From the human T2T-CHM13v2.0 reference genome, Homo sapiens: a stretch of 64,000 nucleotides of DNA. The position numbers and the translations under genes are program-made. Under the pieces are notes generated by a model. That model had not been told where the DNA came from. It saw nothing but the letters and a program-made list of their open reading frames with translations, and did no database searches. Where the stretch lies: the NCBI RefSeq assembly GCF_009914755.1, contig NC_060925.1; one strand, 5' to 3'. Position 1 is the stretch's first letter; every line of letters starts with the position of its first letter. Positions 44,511 through 62,826 of the stretch are shown piece after piece.

Positions 44511-45357
44511 AAAATAATGGGAAAAAAGATTTCTACAATAAGAGAGAAAGAATGACATAGTGAAGGGATAAAAATATGAAAAAAATTAGGAAGAGAGAAA
44601 ATCCTGCTGTTTACTACCTGTCAGTAGTATTATATTTTTAAAATCATGAATATGTTTTACTTTGATGAAAATACAACAACAAATTTATCTCTTTAAACTT
44701 CAAAATCCTCACATCACTATTTGATATATTATTTAGTGTTATCATTATCACACAGGTTCTATAAAGAAAAAACCCAAGACATAAAGAGGTTGAGTCATTT
44801 ACTAAGAAATAAGACCTTGAATCTAGGTTTGCTTACTACCAATAATCTTAACCACCTCCTCTCCACAGCAAAAAAAAAAAAAAAAAAAAAAAATACCATA
44901 CATTTGAGAAGCATCTGTAATTGAGAGTTGCCATCAGTTTGTGGGCTTTTATAATTATTCCTTCAAGAGTAATGCACCAAGGATTCAGCCGAAGCTTCTC
45001 TCTGCTGGCAACAATCGTTTCCTGCTCCATTTTTAAATGTTTAATCACTTAGATACCTTTTGCCATCAATACTTTCCATCCATTTGCACTTTTATTGCCA
45101 TTTTCCAAGGGTCTAAATGCCTCGTAGATGATTCTAGATGTCACAAACCTGGCTTCTTTGTAGAGAGAGGCCTGTGCTGTGCTTAGATGTTTAATGCAAA
45201 AGTAGTGGAAATGCTGGGATGTGCATACACTTGTCAGACTGTTTCTTTATTTGCTAGTGAAATCTAAGGAATAAACTGGTTGTTCTCTTATTATTGATTT
45301 CAAATAGATCCCCTCCCTAAAGAAAGGTTATGCCATGAACTATAACAATGGAAATGT

Positions 45358-45447
45358 TGCCAGGCACACTGACCTGCATCTGTAGTCCTAGCTACAGGAG
45401 GATCACTGGAGCCCAGACCAGCCCAGGCAACATAGTGAGACCCCCAT

Positions 45448-45478
<31 letters not shown>
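45358..45478 (+). mobile_element. Alu monomer, internally deleted, with poly(A)
   Basis: ccaggcaacatagtgagacccccatctc followed by an A tail. Confidence 0.75.
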
Positions 45479-46392
45479 GCAAATGCTACAGGATACAGAT
45501 AGAAAAGTGGGAATAGAACTGACAGATCTATGATATGTCAGATCTATGATATGCCGTGAGGCAGATATCATAACTCTGAGTTCTTCAGATGAATCAGGGT
45601 GCATCTGAAAACTGCAAGACACTAGATTCTACTTGAAAGCTAGAAAGAAATTCTGAGATCATTTATTCCAAATACCCTCACTTTGCACATGAAAAAATTA
45701 GGTGTGGGGTTGGGGGAGAAATGACAACAGTGTAGAAATAGCATAGGAGTTTCTATTTAAAAACCTTAGCTTTATGTTCTGGTTTTCACTTACTAGAGGT
45801 ACAATCTTGAAGTGCTTAACCTCATGTTCTTTTCTGTAAGATGGAAATAAGAACCTGTTCTGATGACTCACACGGTCTTATGATAATCAAATGAAATAAG
45901 GTTTGAGAAACTGTTTTGTCGACTTTACATTAATGCGTATTATTACTGTTGCCCAAGTTGGTAAATGGAAAAGCTAAAACTGGAACTCAGGTCTCCTGAG
46001 TGCACTCTATCAGTTTGAAAAACTACTCCTAGGCTACTCAGCTGACCTCAGAGGGCAATTTATTATTAACCCCGGGACATAGGAAGTAGCACTGGCTTCA
46101 GGAGGCTACAGAGGAGGAGCAGGATCTGACCACTACAGTGAGACAGTGCTGGCTTGGGGAAGAGAAAGAAGCAACTAGAAACTGTCCTGTGTCAGGTAAT
46201 GTGGCCAGGCAACTTTTGGAGACTCTCCCACTCTGTCTCGGGCTATGAGTTGGCATGAAACAGGGTGGGAAGGGCAGGACTGAAAGGGCATCAGAGCCAA
46301 GTGCCTCTATTTAGTAAGGCTGATTTCACAGGGTCCTGCCAGGCGACCCTGCCCAAGGGCTCCCTTAGGGACAAACATCCCATCATGGGTAG

Positions 46393-46727
<335 letters not shown>

Positions 46728-47618
46728 GAGATCACATTTTTAAATCCTCAGGGATGGGTACCCAGAGTCAGTGCCTGGATACCACTGCTTGAGTCCTTTG
46801 CAGCATTATTGTAGAGAGTTTCAACAGCATCGGAAGCCCAGTCCAGAGGAGCAGTACTGGGTTCAAATCCCAGAGCTGAAGGTCCTTGGACAAGAGATTT
46901 ACCTTGTCTGAGCTCCAGTGTCCTCGTTTAAAGTTGGCATAAAGGGTTATTGTGACAAAGATGATCACAAGGGTCAATATTAGTTGAACACTTACAATGT
47001 GCTAGGCACTGTTCTCAGCATTGACGTGGCTTATCTCATTTAGTTGTTACACAATGCATTTTTGATAACTGCCCTGCCACCCAGGGAGGTACCATCTGTA
47101 CTCCAAAAATGAAGCTCCTTTTGAGAGAGCCTTTTTATTTCTGCCTTCTGAGTGGCCCAATGAGAGGTCCTGAAGGAGCTATGTCTGCCTCAGGTGGGTG
47201 TTGGAAGCATTCATGAATGACTGGAACCACAGGCATGTACTGAGCAGCCAGGCCATTGCTATCACTAACAATCAAGATCCTGAAAACAAGAACACATTAA
47301 AGGGGAATGTCGGTTGCCGTAGGCCCTTGGCAGATCAGCAGAGTCACTTAGGCCAATCACAATGATTACAAGGAGCAGAGAGCCTGGTCCAGTCACCTTC
47401 TTTAAGGTCAATTGCCAATCAGCCTTGCAAGGGCCTCAGGCTAGAGAATCAGACTTTCTGGCTCTCCCCTTCTGGGGTGCTGCCTCCCTGCTGGGGGCTA
47501 AAGCTCTGAAGAGCAGACATCTGTACTGGCAAGCACAGCCTCTCTCAACTGGCTTCCAGGGAAGACATCCTCAAATAGATACAGCTGGTTAGTACCCAGG
47601 TGGCAAAGTGGCTGATAG

Positions 47619-48080
<462 letters not shown>

Positions 48081-48605
48081 TGACGAAACATAATCCAAAG
48101 ATGACCTGCTGGATTGCTGGTTTAATTACAGCATCCCCAGGTGCCCTGATGGCAGGAGAGCAAAAGGATTGTGACCTAAAAGCCCCACCTAACAACCTGG
48201 ATTTATACGAAGGGTGGGGTAGTGATTATTAGACTAATATGCTTTACATGTGGGAAGGCTGTAGCTCACAAAGGCTCCACATGCATTATTTCATTAGATC
48301 CTGATGATGAGCTGTGAGAGGAGGCAACACCTGTCCTTGGTTTACTGAAGAGGAAACTGAAGTTCTGACAGGCTGGGCGACTTGCCCAAGGTCATGCAGT
48401 GGATGGGCGGCTGGGCTAGAACTTGAACCCAGGTCGGCTAAGCCCACCTAAGAGTAATAGCCAGGTTGGCTAAGATTCCTTGGCACTTTCATCTGTGGCA
48501 GTTTGCTCAGGTTGGTAGATTAAGCGCTGAGAGTCAAGAAGGCATCTGTGTGGCTCACTGTGAGACTCTGGGACCATCAGGTCTTTATTATGCACCTACC
48601 CATTA

Positions 48606-49106
<501 letters not shown>

Positions 49107-49545
49107 TTACTTTCTGATCATGTGTTTATGATTACTTTAATTTCCATCAAAGAATGCTCAGAGGAAAAAAGTCCTTTCAGGAGCGCACAGGAAAGTATAT
49201 CAAAGTAGTTATACTACCTGATGGAATCTGTGCTCCATTCTTTCCGATGATTTGCCCTCAAAGACATTTACCTAAGGTGGAATCCCACCTATGAATTGAG
49301 GGGGAAGTTTCCTCCCAGACCAATTACATCCATGTGGTTGTCTTTATCTTCCTTCCTCACCTTTTTTTTTTTTTTTTTTACCAACCCTTTGGCATTGGGG
49401 AACCCCTGCCCACTGCCCCTGCTGAGGCCCAAACATGCAAAGCAGTGTCTCTGAGTGAGAAACCTTCCACACTGCAAAAAAGTCTCCATAGTGCTGGCTG
49501 CTACCTTCTCAGGCTTGCACTTTAGATCTCCTAAAGAGAACTACA

Positions 49546-49705
49546 GGCCAGGCAAAGTGGCTCATGCCTGTAATCCCAGCACTTTTGGGAGGCTGAGATG
49601 GGAGGATTGCTTGAGACCAGGGATTCAAGACCAGCCTAGGCAACATAGCAAAACCCTTGTCTCAAAACAAAATTTTTCCAAAAAATAACAAATTAATAAA
49701 CAATA
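49546..49705 (+). mobile_element. Alu left monomer (FLAM-like)
   Basis: Single arm with degenerate A tail. Confidence 0.8.
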
Positions 49706-49899
49706 AAGAGAGCTACCTAAAGCCTCTCTGAAAGACTGGAGGATGCTTAGACCCATAGTGAGACTATCACAGTTCACATCCTTCTTTTATGTGTTAACTC
49801 CACAAAAGGGGTAGAGATTAAGACTTTTCTAAGAAGGAACTAGATGATTCCTCTTCCCTGTTAGGTTCTCCAGGATTTTGTCCTCCACTCTCCACTTAC

Positions 49900-51460
<1,561 letters not shown>

Positions 51461-52574
51461 TAAACATCATTTTCATCATCATTATACTCATCATTATCAT
51501 TAGTTACCATCTATTGACAAATTATTATGTGTTAGCACTGTGCTGAATGCGATTAATTCTCACAACCGCACAATGAAGCAAGCATAATCATCTGCATTAT
51601 AGATGAGGAAACCGAGGTTCGCAGGGGTGAAGTAGCCTGTCCCAGGAGGTACAGTATAACAGGGATTCGATTCCAGGGCTGACCCATTCCAAAGAGGCTG
51701 CCTTCAACCACCACGTGGCACTGCTTCCCGCTGTTCTACCGGCCTTTGTATATACCCCATGATAGCACATGCCTGATATCCATATAATTGTTTGATGGCA
51801 CATCTGTCTCCTCACAACACTGTCAGGTGTTTGAGAGCACAAATTTGCCTTTTCATCTTTATATTCTCAACACTCTACTTAGAGCTGGCACTTAGTAGGT
51901 GCTTTATAAATAATAAATGAGTGGATTAATGCAGGCCTTCTCAGCCTCGGCACTACTGACATTTTGGAACAGATAATTCTTTGTTGTGGGGGCCGTCCTG
52001 GGCATTGTAAGATGTTTAGTAGCATAAACATAAATAAAGTCTGGAAACACTTCCAGAGAAGGCAGAACAGAATATTTAGAGGCCCCACGAAGTACGAGGC
52101 ATTTAAAACCACACCTCATTTAAACGCTATTTTACAAATGTGAGACCAGAAGCTGAGAAAGGTAGAGCATCTTTTCCACTACCACATAGTTAGTGATGAT
52201 GTAGCTTAGACTGAGCACAAACCAGCCTCCCCGGCAGGGCTTCCTCCCCATCCGGGGGCCAATTCCCCAGCTGCTCTGTGTCTGTCCTTCACTAGTTCAG
52301 AGCCACAGCGGGGAGAAGGATTGTAAAAAGTTGTCATCTCCAATCCCAACTGCTCTTCCAAGGACCCCATCTCCTCATTCCACCTGTTGTAAATCTCCCT
52401 CTGGACATCATATTGTAAACTAAAATGACACCGCTAATATACAATCTTCTCTTCTCCCCCACCCCACCTTGTCTCCCCCTAGCTGACTTTCTTCTACTAA
52501 CATCACCTACTTCTTCAAGTTATTAAGCCTTGAAGTCATCTTTGACTCTTTTCATCCACTACCTTCTCCCCCAC

Positions 52575-53387
<813 letters not shown>

Positions 53388-53743
53388 TCCCCCCACATCT
53401 AATAATTTGTCACCCCTCACATCTGTCCCCTGATTCCCAGCTCCAATTCTACTGCTGCTGGGTTCTCCTCGCCTTTCAGCTGGACTGTTTATTAGTAGTC
53501 CATCTCTGTGATGGCCTCCAGGGTTCTTTCTCTCAGTTCCATCATTCCCACTGCTACCAGACTGAGCACCCCTGATCTCACCTTCAGGGTCAACACAAAT
53601 CAGTCCAAACTCCGAATTTACCTTTACTTGCCTTTCCTCCACCCTTCCAGCCTCTTGCTCTTCGATTTCCCAGCCATAGCCAACATGTTGTCATCCCCAG
53701 TGACCCACAACCTCCGTATCTCTGCTCTTACTGCCCTCTGCCT

Positions 53744-54183
53744 TGTTAATTAACATTTATAAATGGCCACTGGTTGGGACTGAGCTTCTGCACGAGGCAC
53801 AACAGACCATACCAAAATGGAGCCCCTCGTGCTGAAGTTCCACATCACCAAGACAAAACTAAGCTGTTGATCTGACCTTCCAAGAAATCAGGAGACAGAG
53901 ATAATTGCCGAGTCCCCAAACAGGGCGGTTTTAGCAGGCATGATAAGGAAGTCTCCTCTGCTTTAACCTTTACAGGGAAGTAACTTTGAAACGACCAACC
54001 TTCTTTTTGTTTTCTGTTTCTGCTGTCCTCAGCCCTTTTTTGTCTGTGAAACCAATTTCCTCTGCTCAGCTCATCGGAACACTCATTCTGTTTCACAGAA
54101 CGAGGTGTTGCCTGATTCTAGAATCACAAATAAATGCCAATTGAGATCTTTAAATTAAATTTGTGTAATTTTGACTTTTGACA
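53744..54183 (+). mobile_element. Solo ERV1-class LTR (family uncertain)
   Basis: TG...CA termini; 4-bp TSD gcct at 53740-53743 and 54184-54187; AATAAA near 54129. Confidence 0.75.
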
Positions 54184-54504
54184 GCCTGAACAGCCCTACA
54201 CCCCATTTTTACCCCATTATAGTCATTTCTCACCCCTTTTCTTTCTATGACAAAGCAAAAAAAAGAGCAAACACATAGAAACCCACCCTACTCTTCAAGA
54301 CCCACTCAGATTCCACCTCCTCCATGAAGCCTTCCTTGACCTTCTGGGTGGGAACTCACTTTTCCTCCCTATAAACAGCTATTGCATTTCCTTTGTATCT
54401 TCTCTGACACTTAGTCACTTTCTTCTGTGAGTATTCCATCACTACTATAGAGAACAAACTCCTGGCTCATAATCTGTGAAAGGGGATAATGATAGTACCT
54501 CCCA

Positions 54505-54818
54505 GCTGGGCACTGCGGTTCACACCTGTAATCCCAGCATTTTGGAGGCCGAGGCTAGAGGATTGCTTGAGGCCAGGAGTTTGAGACCAGCCTGGGCAAT
54601 ATAGTGAGATGCCATCTCTACAAAAAAAATAGAAACATTAGCTGGGCATGGTGGTGCATGCCTGTAGTCCCAGCTACTCAAGAGGGTGAGAGAGGAGAAT
54701 CACTTGAGCCCAGGAGGTCGTGGCTGCAGTAAGTCATGATCGTACCACCGCACTCCAGTCTGGGTGACAGAGCAAGACCCTATCTCTCTAAAAATGATGA
54801 TGATAATAATAATAATAG
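54505..54818 (+). mobile_element. Alu (AluJ-like) inserted in a MIR (54470-54940)
   Basis: Dimer; TSD atagtacctccc. Confidence 0.92.
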
Positions 54819-57800
54819 TACCTCCCTCATGGGACTGTTGAGAGGATTAAGTTAGATTAAGTACATTATTATATGGAAAAAGCTTGGGAAAGTGCCGGAC
54901 ACACAGTAAGCACTCTAAAAGTGTTTGCTGTTATTAGTACAATACTACCCTTGTGTTTTTAAAGCCCTCAGCACTGGACATAGGAATTATTTAAAAACAC
55001 CTCTGAGTCTATAAGTGACTGCAGGAGCACTGTTTTTTTGAAATGCAGTAACAGCTGTGCAGCATATAGCAGGGGCTCCCATTCAGTCCCAGATCTTTGA
55101 ATGGAAACTGTTTTTTCTTGAGTGCTACCACTCTCCTGGTGTTAGATGGCCCCTAGTCATCACACTTTTAGACCAGTTGACTTCAGCCCTTTTTATTCAT
55201 GCCAACACTCTGAGTGAGCACATGTCCTCCTTAGAAACTCAGTTCCCTTCAATGACTACTTGCGCTGGGAGGGTTGAACAAATGGGGACATGTCCACTAA
55301 AAGGTAACCCCAAGGAGATTCCTGATATACCTCCCCCATTCCCATACCACTCCCCCAACCCCTCCCATTCATTTAGAAAGATCTGTCTTTGACTGCCTTC
55401 CTTTAAAAGACAGGACCTATATATAAAATGCCCTGCTCTTTTATTTTCTCAACATGGGTGATACGTTGAGATATGTGATACTCTCCTTTTCAATTTGACA
55501 TGAATTTTAGTTAAAACAGTCAACCCAGCAAAGGCATCTTTTAGAGGTTTTTTTTTTCTGGTCCCTTGAATAAGCAACATGGCTTGTTTGCTCTTAAGCT
55601 GTGCGTGCGTGCACGTGTCCACAAGCATGAGTATGTAAGTGCACACACAGACCATACTGGGAATAGAAGTAATTTATTCTGGGAATGCTGAGTGAGTTGC
55701 TATTAAATCATTTCTATCTCCCTCACCATCAAAACCCATCCATTGAGCTCCCCTGTATATAAGGAACTGCACCAAGCAAAATCTAATCCAATATTAGATT
55801 CACCAAAATATTTATGTTCTTTGTTCCTAAGACCCTTTTCTCAGTCAAAAAATCAGAGAAGGAGATTGGGGGTGTGGGGGAATGATGGAGAAAATGTAAA
55901 CATTTTTGCATAATACATCAGACCAGCCTTGCAGCCCAGTGTTTGGAGATTTGCTGGAACAAAAGTTCTTTCCTGATACTTGCACAATAAGGGGCATTTC
56001 AAGTAGGATCCCTTGGCTTTAATGAAACAAAAACAAAAACTTCTTTCCTTCACTCCATCCTGCCACACATTCCAGATGGAAGGAAGGTATTCTGCTTTCG
56101 GAGATCTTGTGTTTTGGCGAGATCTGAGTTCCCTATTTCAGTCTTGATGCTTTCATTAGCCAGTGAACATAACTTCCCTGAAATGACATCCCCACCAGAA
56201 GATCAGAATACAAATCCTTGGAAGTCAAGGTAGTGTCTCCTCACATTGCTTAGGAGAGATATGGCACCAGGTTAAGTCTTTGTCAGGAGAAAAGGACACC
56301 AAAGTGAACACAGCATGGACTCGGTGCACCAGGTTGACCCAGGCATGTCCACTGCAGAGTGTTACCTGCAAAACTCTGGCCCAGGTGGCTTCTGATCCCA
56401 AAGCACCCAGCTCACCTGCTCTCTGATCTACACTGTCCTAGGCACTGGTTTCTGGTATTCAGAAATAGCCCTGGTGAAACCTGTCATATGGATTATGTTT
56501 CTCCCAAAGGACAGAGCTCTGCTGGTTTGAGATCCTGAATCATCAATTTAATAACACCATTCTGCATGATGGAATGGAAAGCAGGCTTGGAAATATTTGT
56601 TGCCAAGTTTAGCTGCCTCCGCTCTTTCAGGCAGCCTGGGAAGAGCTGTCCACATTCACAGCCAACATCTCAAAGCCTTTGCCTGCTCACAAAAGGACCA
56701 GTCATCCTTAAATGGTCATAGACAGAAGAGGCAGGACAACTCACAGGCAGCTCGATGCTGAAGGCAAAGGAAGAGGGAGAAATGAAAAGACTTTAAAAGC
56801 GTTCTCTTTCCAGCCCCCGCTGAGAATTTTAAATGCCTTTGCCTCTGGCATATTTGAAGTCTGCATTTTACAGTCTGTTTAACTTACCCAGCAAGCCTTT
56901 GGGGCAGGCAAGAGCTGCGTCTTTGCATGTTTGTGTCTAGTGCTGAGTGTGCTGTTGGCACTCAGAGCAGCAGAAAATAATATGGCTAAAATCCACGGCA
57001 GCAGTGGGTGGCCTGGGCCCAGAAGGTAAAAGCCAAAGGAGAGATTTCCTATCTGCGTGGTGTAAGGAGGGCAGGAGATTTCCAGAGCTCTGAACCAATG
57101 CTGGGGAAGGAAGGGAACATCAAATATTGATTTTCTCCTGGAAATGGATCTTGGCCTTGCAGACTGGGAGTCTGGGAGGGGGAAGTAGGAAGCCCACCCC
57201 TCTGAGAAGGAAAGCTCAGGAGCCATCCCGATGTTGACTTTGCTAGAAGATGCATCTCTCAGGCCGAAATCAGGATTCCCTTGCTTGGACTGGCAGAATA
57301 TAGTCTGAGGCTCCAGAGTTAGGCTCTGTCCTGGACTTGCTGTGTAACCTTGCCCTACCAGGCCACTATCCCACACATTCATACATTGAAACCCTGCTGT
57401 GCACCAGACATTGTGCAAACACTGAGCATATGAAGATATACAAGATACACACAATCCCTGCCCTCATGGAGCTCATCTTCCAAGGGGATCACTGTAGAGG
57501 GTGGTAAGTGCTGTGAATAAATGAATGGGGAGAGGTGATGGTGAAGGTCTTCTTTTTTCCTTCCTCCACACACCAAGTAAGAGCCATGAGCCAGGGTGTG
57601 CAGGAGAACAAGGGAGTCTCTGTTCCCAATCACCAGCTGAGATGGGGAACTGTCCTGGTCAACCCCTGTTAATTTGGGAGGAAAATTTGAGAGAAATCCA
57701 TTCAAAGATACCCTGCAGCTGATAAAGGGAGAAGGAAAAAGGGGGAAAGAAAACAGAAAGAAAGAAGGGGCCCTCCTTCAGAAAGTGAAAAATCTTATTA

Positions 57801-58034
57801 CCATAATTTTACCATTCAAAGACTGTAAGTTATCTTCAGTAAGGAATATGCATGTCTGACTTTCAAAGGCCAATGCTTCTCTATCAAAATTCACTTCTGT
57901 TATTAGGCTTGATCACAGTTCAGCTCCTGGAATACTTGAGTGAACAATTTTACATCTAAATGAGACTCTTGGGAGTGGAATAGAAGGAATTCTTTATGAA
58001 CATCATTAAAGGAAGCTGTTACAGAAATAAAAGG

Positions 58035-58240
58035 AGAAATAATAATTTCCATTTGTTGTATGTCTACCATGCACAACACATTAAACATAATTTCACTTAA
58101 TCTTCACAAACAGCCCTTCTGAGTAGGCATTGTTTTCTCTCTTTTATAGTTAGGTGAAGTAAGGCTCAAAGAAATTAAGTACCTTACCTAAGATCACAAA
58201 GTTATTGAGATAGCTGGGATTTGCTCCACGAGCTAGTTCA
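58035..58240 (-). mobile_element. MIR
   Basis: taatcttcacaaacagccctt...aaggctcaaagaaattaagtaccttacctaagatcaca. Confidence 0.7.
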
Positions 58241-59563
58241 CTGAGTTCAACATGTATTTGAAGGAAAATTTTCCCAGTTCCAGAACTGTGTCAGCAAAAT
58301 GGCAATAAAATGTCGCCATGGAATCTTGTGCTAGGGATTGCGAGGTCCCAGAGAACTGTGTCCCATCACCGTTATTAGCCAATCTATTGTCATTCAGCAT
58401 CTCTATCCTCTTCTTCAGTGCCTCATACTCCAGGTCTTATTCTTTGCTCAGCCACTTATATCTTTATCTGTTACTGATTTCATGTAAAATGATTTGCATT
58501 ATAATAGGAGTTTTCTGGAGATAATACTATAATCAAAAAAGAGGCCCAAAGGCATGATAGGATTTTCAGATACTCTGACGAAGTGCATGGATTCCTGGCA
58601 GCAGGCTGTTCCCTTGATGCTAGACCCAACCTTCCCCTTACAATTCTTCATATGGGCCACAGGGCTCAGCTTTTTCCATCAAAGTGGCAGACACCCAGAG
58701 CCCTGGATGAACAGGAGTAGTGTAGTTCTAGGTGACTGAGTGAGCTCCAGGGGTGCTGAGGACACAAACTGCCAAGTCTGTGAACCTCTGAACCCTCCTC
58801 GCCTGCAGAACTTTGGAAAGGGGCTGACTACCCATTCCTGGTCTATTTACTCTTCTTTAGCATCCCCCACAGTGCCTAGAAAACCTCAACCACAGGTCAG
58901 GTACTGAACACACAGTTGGACATTGATAATATCTTCTGATTGGTTTATTCCTTTCAGCTTAGGGTCTTTGTTGAAAGGACTGAACCTCTAGAAAAGTGGT
59001 GATTTCCACACTGTTGGCAGCATTCAAGCCAAGGCAGGCTGGAGATATGGCATTGGGAATTCTTGTTCTAAAGTGTTGGACTGGGTGAGCTGCTGGTCCT
59101 TCCACAATCCTGGAGGAGGCTCTAATAGGGTCCCTATAAGAATATAGAAACCAGGTACCCTTGGAAAGGGAGACTTGAATGATCAACTCATCCTAAGAGA
59201 ATGTCAATAAATCAGGAGACAAGGTGACCAGGGTGTGATTTGTGAGGACATAACTGTAAATGACCTGAGCATCAAGACAGTTGAAACCCAATGACATGCA
59301 ATGTGCTACCAACAAGGACACAGTCTGAGTGGATCCCATGTAAGCCCAAGGGAACAGACATATCAATACTTATTTTCCCAGGGCTCTCCTGGGAAGAGAA
59401 TGTCTAGTTCAGGGCACCTGAGCATTCTGGTATAACCCAAAAAAGTGTCCGTTGTTGGGCAGGGAGAGCTCATCAGGGGTTTCTCTTCAAGATAAAAAAA
59501 GGCTTCAAAATCGTTCACCTCCCTGTGCTCTGAAGCGCTGATCACTAAGCAAGCTTCTGATTA

Positions 59564-59916
<353 letters not shown>

Positions 59917-60334
59917 GAGATTTGTGAGTGAGAATTCTGGTCACTGAAATAGAATATCCACCATTATAAAATGCAAATATGGACATTTGTGTTTATATGT
60001 CAGTTTATTGCAAGCCTGGTTATTGTAAGTCCGTCTATGAGACTGGCATCTGTAAAACTAATAGCTGGTCCCGGGAACATGGTGATCACATCAAGGCCCT
60101 GCACTGTGGAAAAGGCCTCACCTGGTTGAAGCCTTGAAGTCTCAGGCAGCCCCATGCTCACCCCTCTCTGACTGAAGTACTTTGCAGCTCTGAGATTCTG
60201 TGATTCAAGAATTCTCTGACTGCTGCTGAGATGAAGTGCTAAGGGGCCTGCATGGCCTGGGCATACAACTGACCAAATGGGCAAGGGAATATGAAGAGGG
60301 GGTCAGAAAGGAGGCTCTAGCCATCTTTTTCTGA

Positions 60335-60635
<301 letters not shown>

Positions 60636-61739
60636 CTGAATACAACCTCTTAAAAAGACAGAGACTAGGGCAAAGGTTCTCAGAGATCTTTCCGAAACAG
60701 TCAGTAGGATCTTTTCCATTCATCCTTCTCCTTTTGATATTTTCTCAAATCAGAAAAGTTGGAAGGTTTTGAAATGCCCTAAAAGAGCTTTAAGCTAGTA
60801 GAAAATCTCACTCCATTGGAGACTTAAAGTCAATCATTCTCTGAGGATCATGCAGCAGACCAGGGGAAAGACACATTGTGAGGTGGTGTTTCTGGGGCCT
60901 CTATCCTGAGACCACATCACCATGTGGAAAACCATCTGAAACTCTGCCAAATGCCCAGGACCCAAATCATCACAAATATCTCCAATCTCAGACATGAAAT
61001 TGAAGAAATACAACAGGTTTTCAAAGTAGCAGTTGACTCACCCACGTATTGCTGGATTGCTGGTCTCAAAAAAGAGGTGGCATTACCATTGCCATGGGAA
61101 CCTCCACTTTGACTTACTGGTATTCAGACCTCCAGCTGGGAACATCCTGTTCCTGTCCCTGATTGTGGCTCATGACCTACTTCTACTTGCTTGAGCGAGA
61201 GGCCCCAGTGAGATACCTGGGAGTCAGGAAGCTCCAACCCCCTACTCTGGAATTGGCTCCATTCCCTCTCTAGCAGAGGGCAAGGCATATCACTCCATGG
61301 TTCAGTGTTGCCACAGTTCACTAAGGATGGCAATGACAATCTTTCTCTGATGAATGTTTTATGAGTTTAGTAGATAAAATTTGAAAGGGATGCAGAGCCT
61401 GTGTGTCTGGACAATCCTTTTTCCCCACCATGTTTGTCACATAGGGAGCCCAAGCCCACAGGTCTTGTTCCGCATGGCCAGAGCCTTGCCCTTATCTTCA
61501 GATAGTCAATTGCTGCAGCAAATAGCTTACCTAGCCCAAGTGACAAGTGGATATAGTCTGGCTTGAAAACAAAGAGATGAGAGGCGAAAGAGATGAGAGA
61601 GGAGGAAGGACAATGAGTAAGGTTAGATAAAAACTGTCAGTGGATATGGACACAAAATTTTCATCACTTTCTCAGGAATCATCGTATCTGTCCTGCTGTT
61701 ATAATTTAATCTTACTTGCCTGTGACCATCTTTAATGTC

Positions 61740-62048
<309 letters not shown>

Positions 62049-62647
62049 TAACTTTTTCCTCTTTCTCTCCTATATCCAATCCATCACCAAATTCTATCAG
62101 TTTTATATTCAAACAATATCCCAGAGTTACCTACTTCTCTCAATCACCACAGGCACCACCTACCTACCACAAAAGCAACCATCTTTTGCCAAGACATCTG
62201 TAAAAGCTTCCTAACAACCATTTTTGCTTCTCTCCAACACATCTGCCATACAACAGTAATAAGTTAAATTTTCGAAACATATATCAGAACATGTCAATTT
62301 TCTGCTCAACAAAGGCTCCTTCCATTGTGCTTGGGTTAGACCCATGGTCCTTCTACTCCACAGGCCCTGAATGGTCCATGCAACCCCTGGCCCACCCACT
62401 GCACTGTAGCCATGCTGGTGTCCATTCTCCCACTCCCCTTGCCCCTTTCTTCCTCAGTTTCCACATTCTCACCCCTTGCATCCACCTTTCTCACCTATTC
62501 ATCCTTCAAGGCTCTGTTCAAATGCGATTTCCTCGGAGAGGACTTCCGAGACTCTTCCAATCTGTGTTAGGTCCTCCTCATATGCTCTCCCAGAAGCCTC
62601 TTATTTTCCCCCCAGGGAAGTTCTCTCACAGTTTGTTATGATATATT

Positions 62648-62826
62648 AGTGGTTCTCCAAGTGTGTTTCCAGACCAGTGGCACCAGCAGCACCTAGAAGC
62701 TCCTTAGGAATGCAAATGATTGGGCGGCACTCCAGGCCCACTGAATCAGAGACCGAGGGTGGGACCCCAATCTGTGTTTTAACAAACTCTTCGAGTGATT
62801 CTGATGCACATTAAGGTTTGAGAACA
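62648..62826. mobile_element. MER5A DNA transposon
   Basis: agtggttctccaagtgtg...ctgaatcagagacc...gattctgatgcacattaaggtttgagaac. Confidence 0.85.

Noticed and set aside
56879-57454. 191-aa minus-strand ORF
   Set aside because: Begins in L2-like sequence, with no recognisable protein family or splice support.
58181-58205. Other minus-strand AG|GTRAG motifs (about 39650, 51390, 58188, 60122, 61530)
   Set aside because: They lack an adequate polypyrimidine tract, so are not credible recursive sites.
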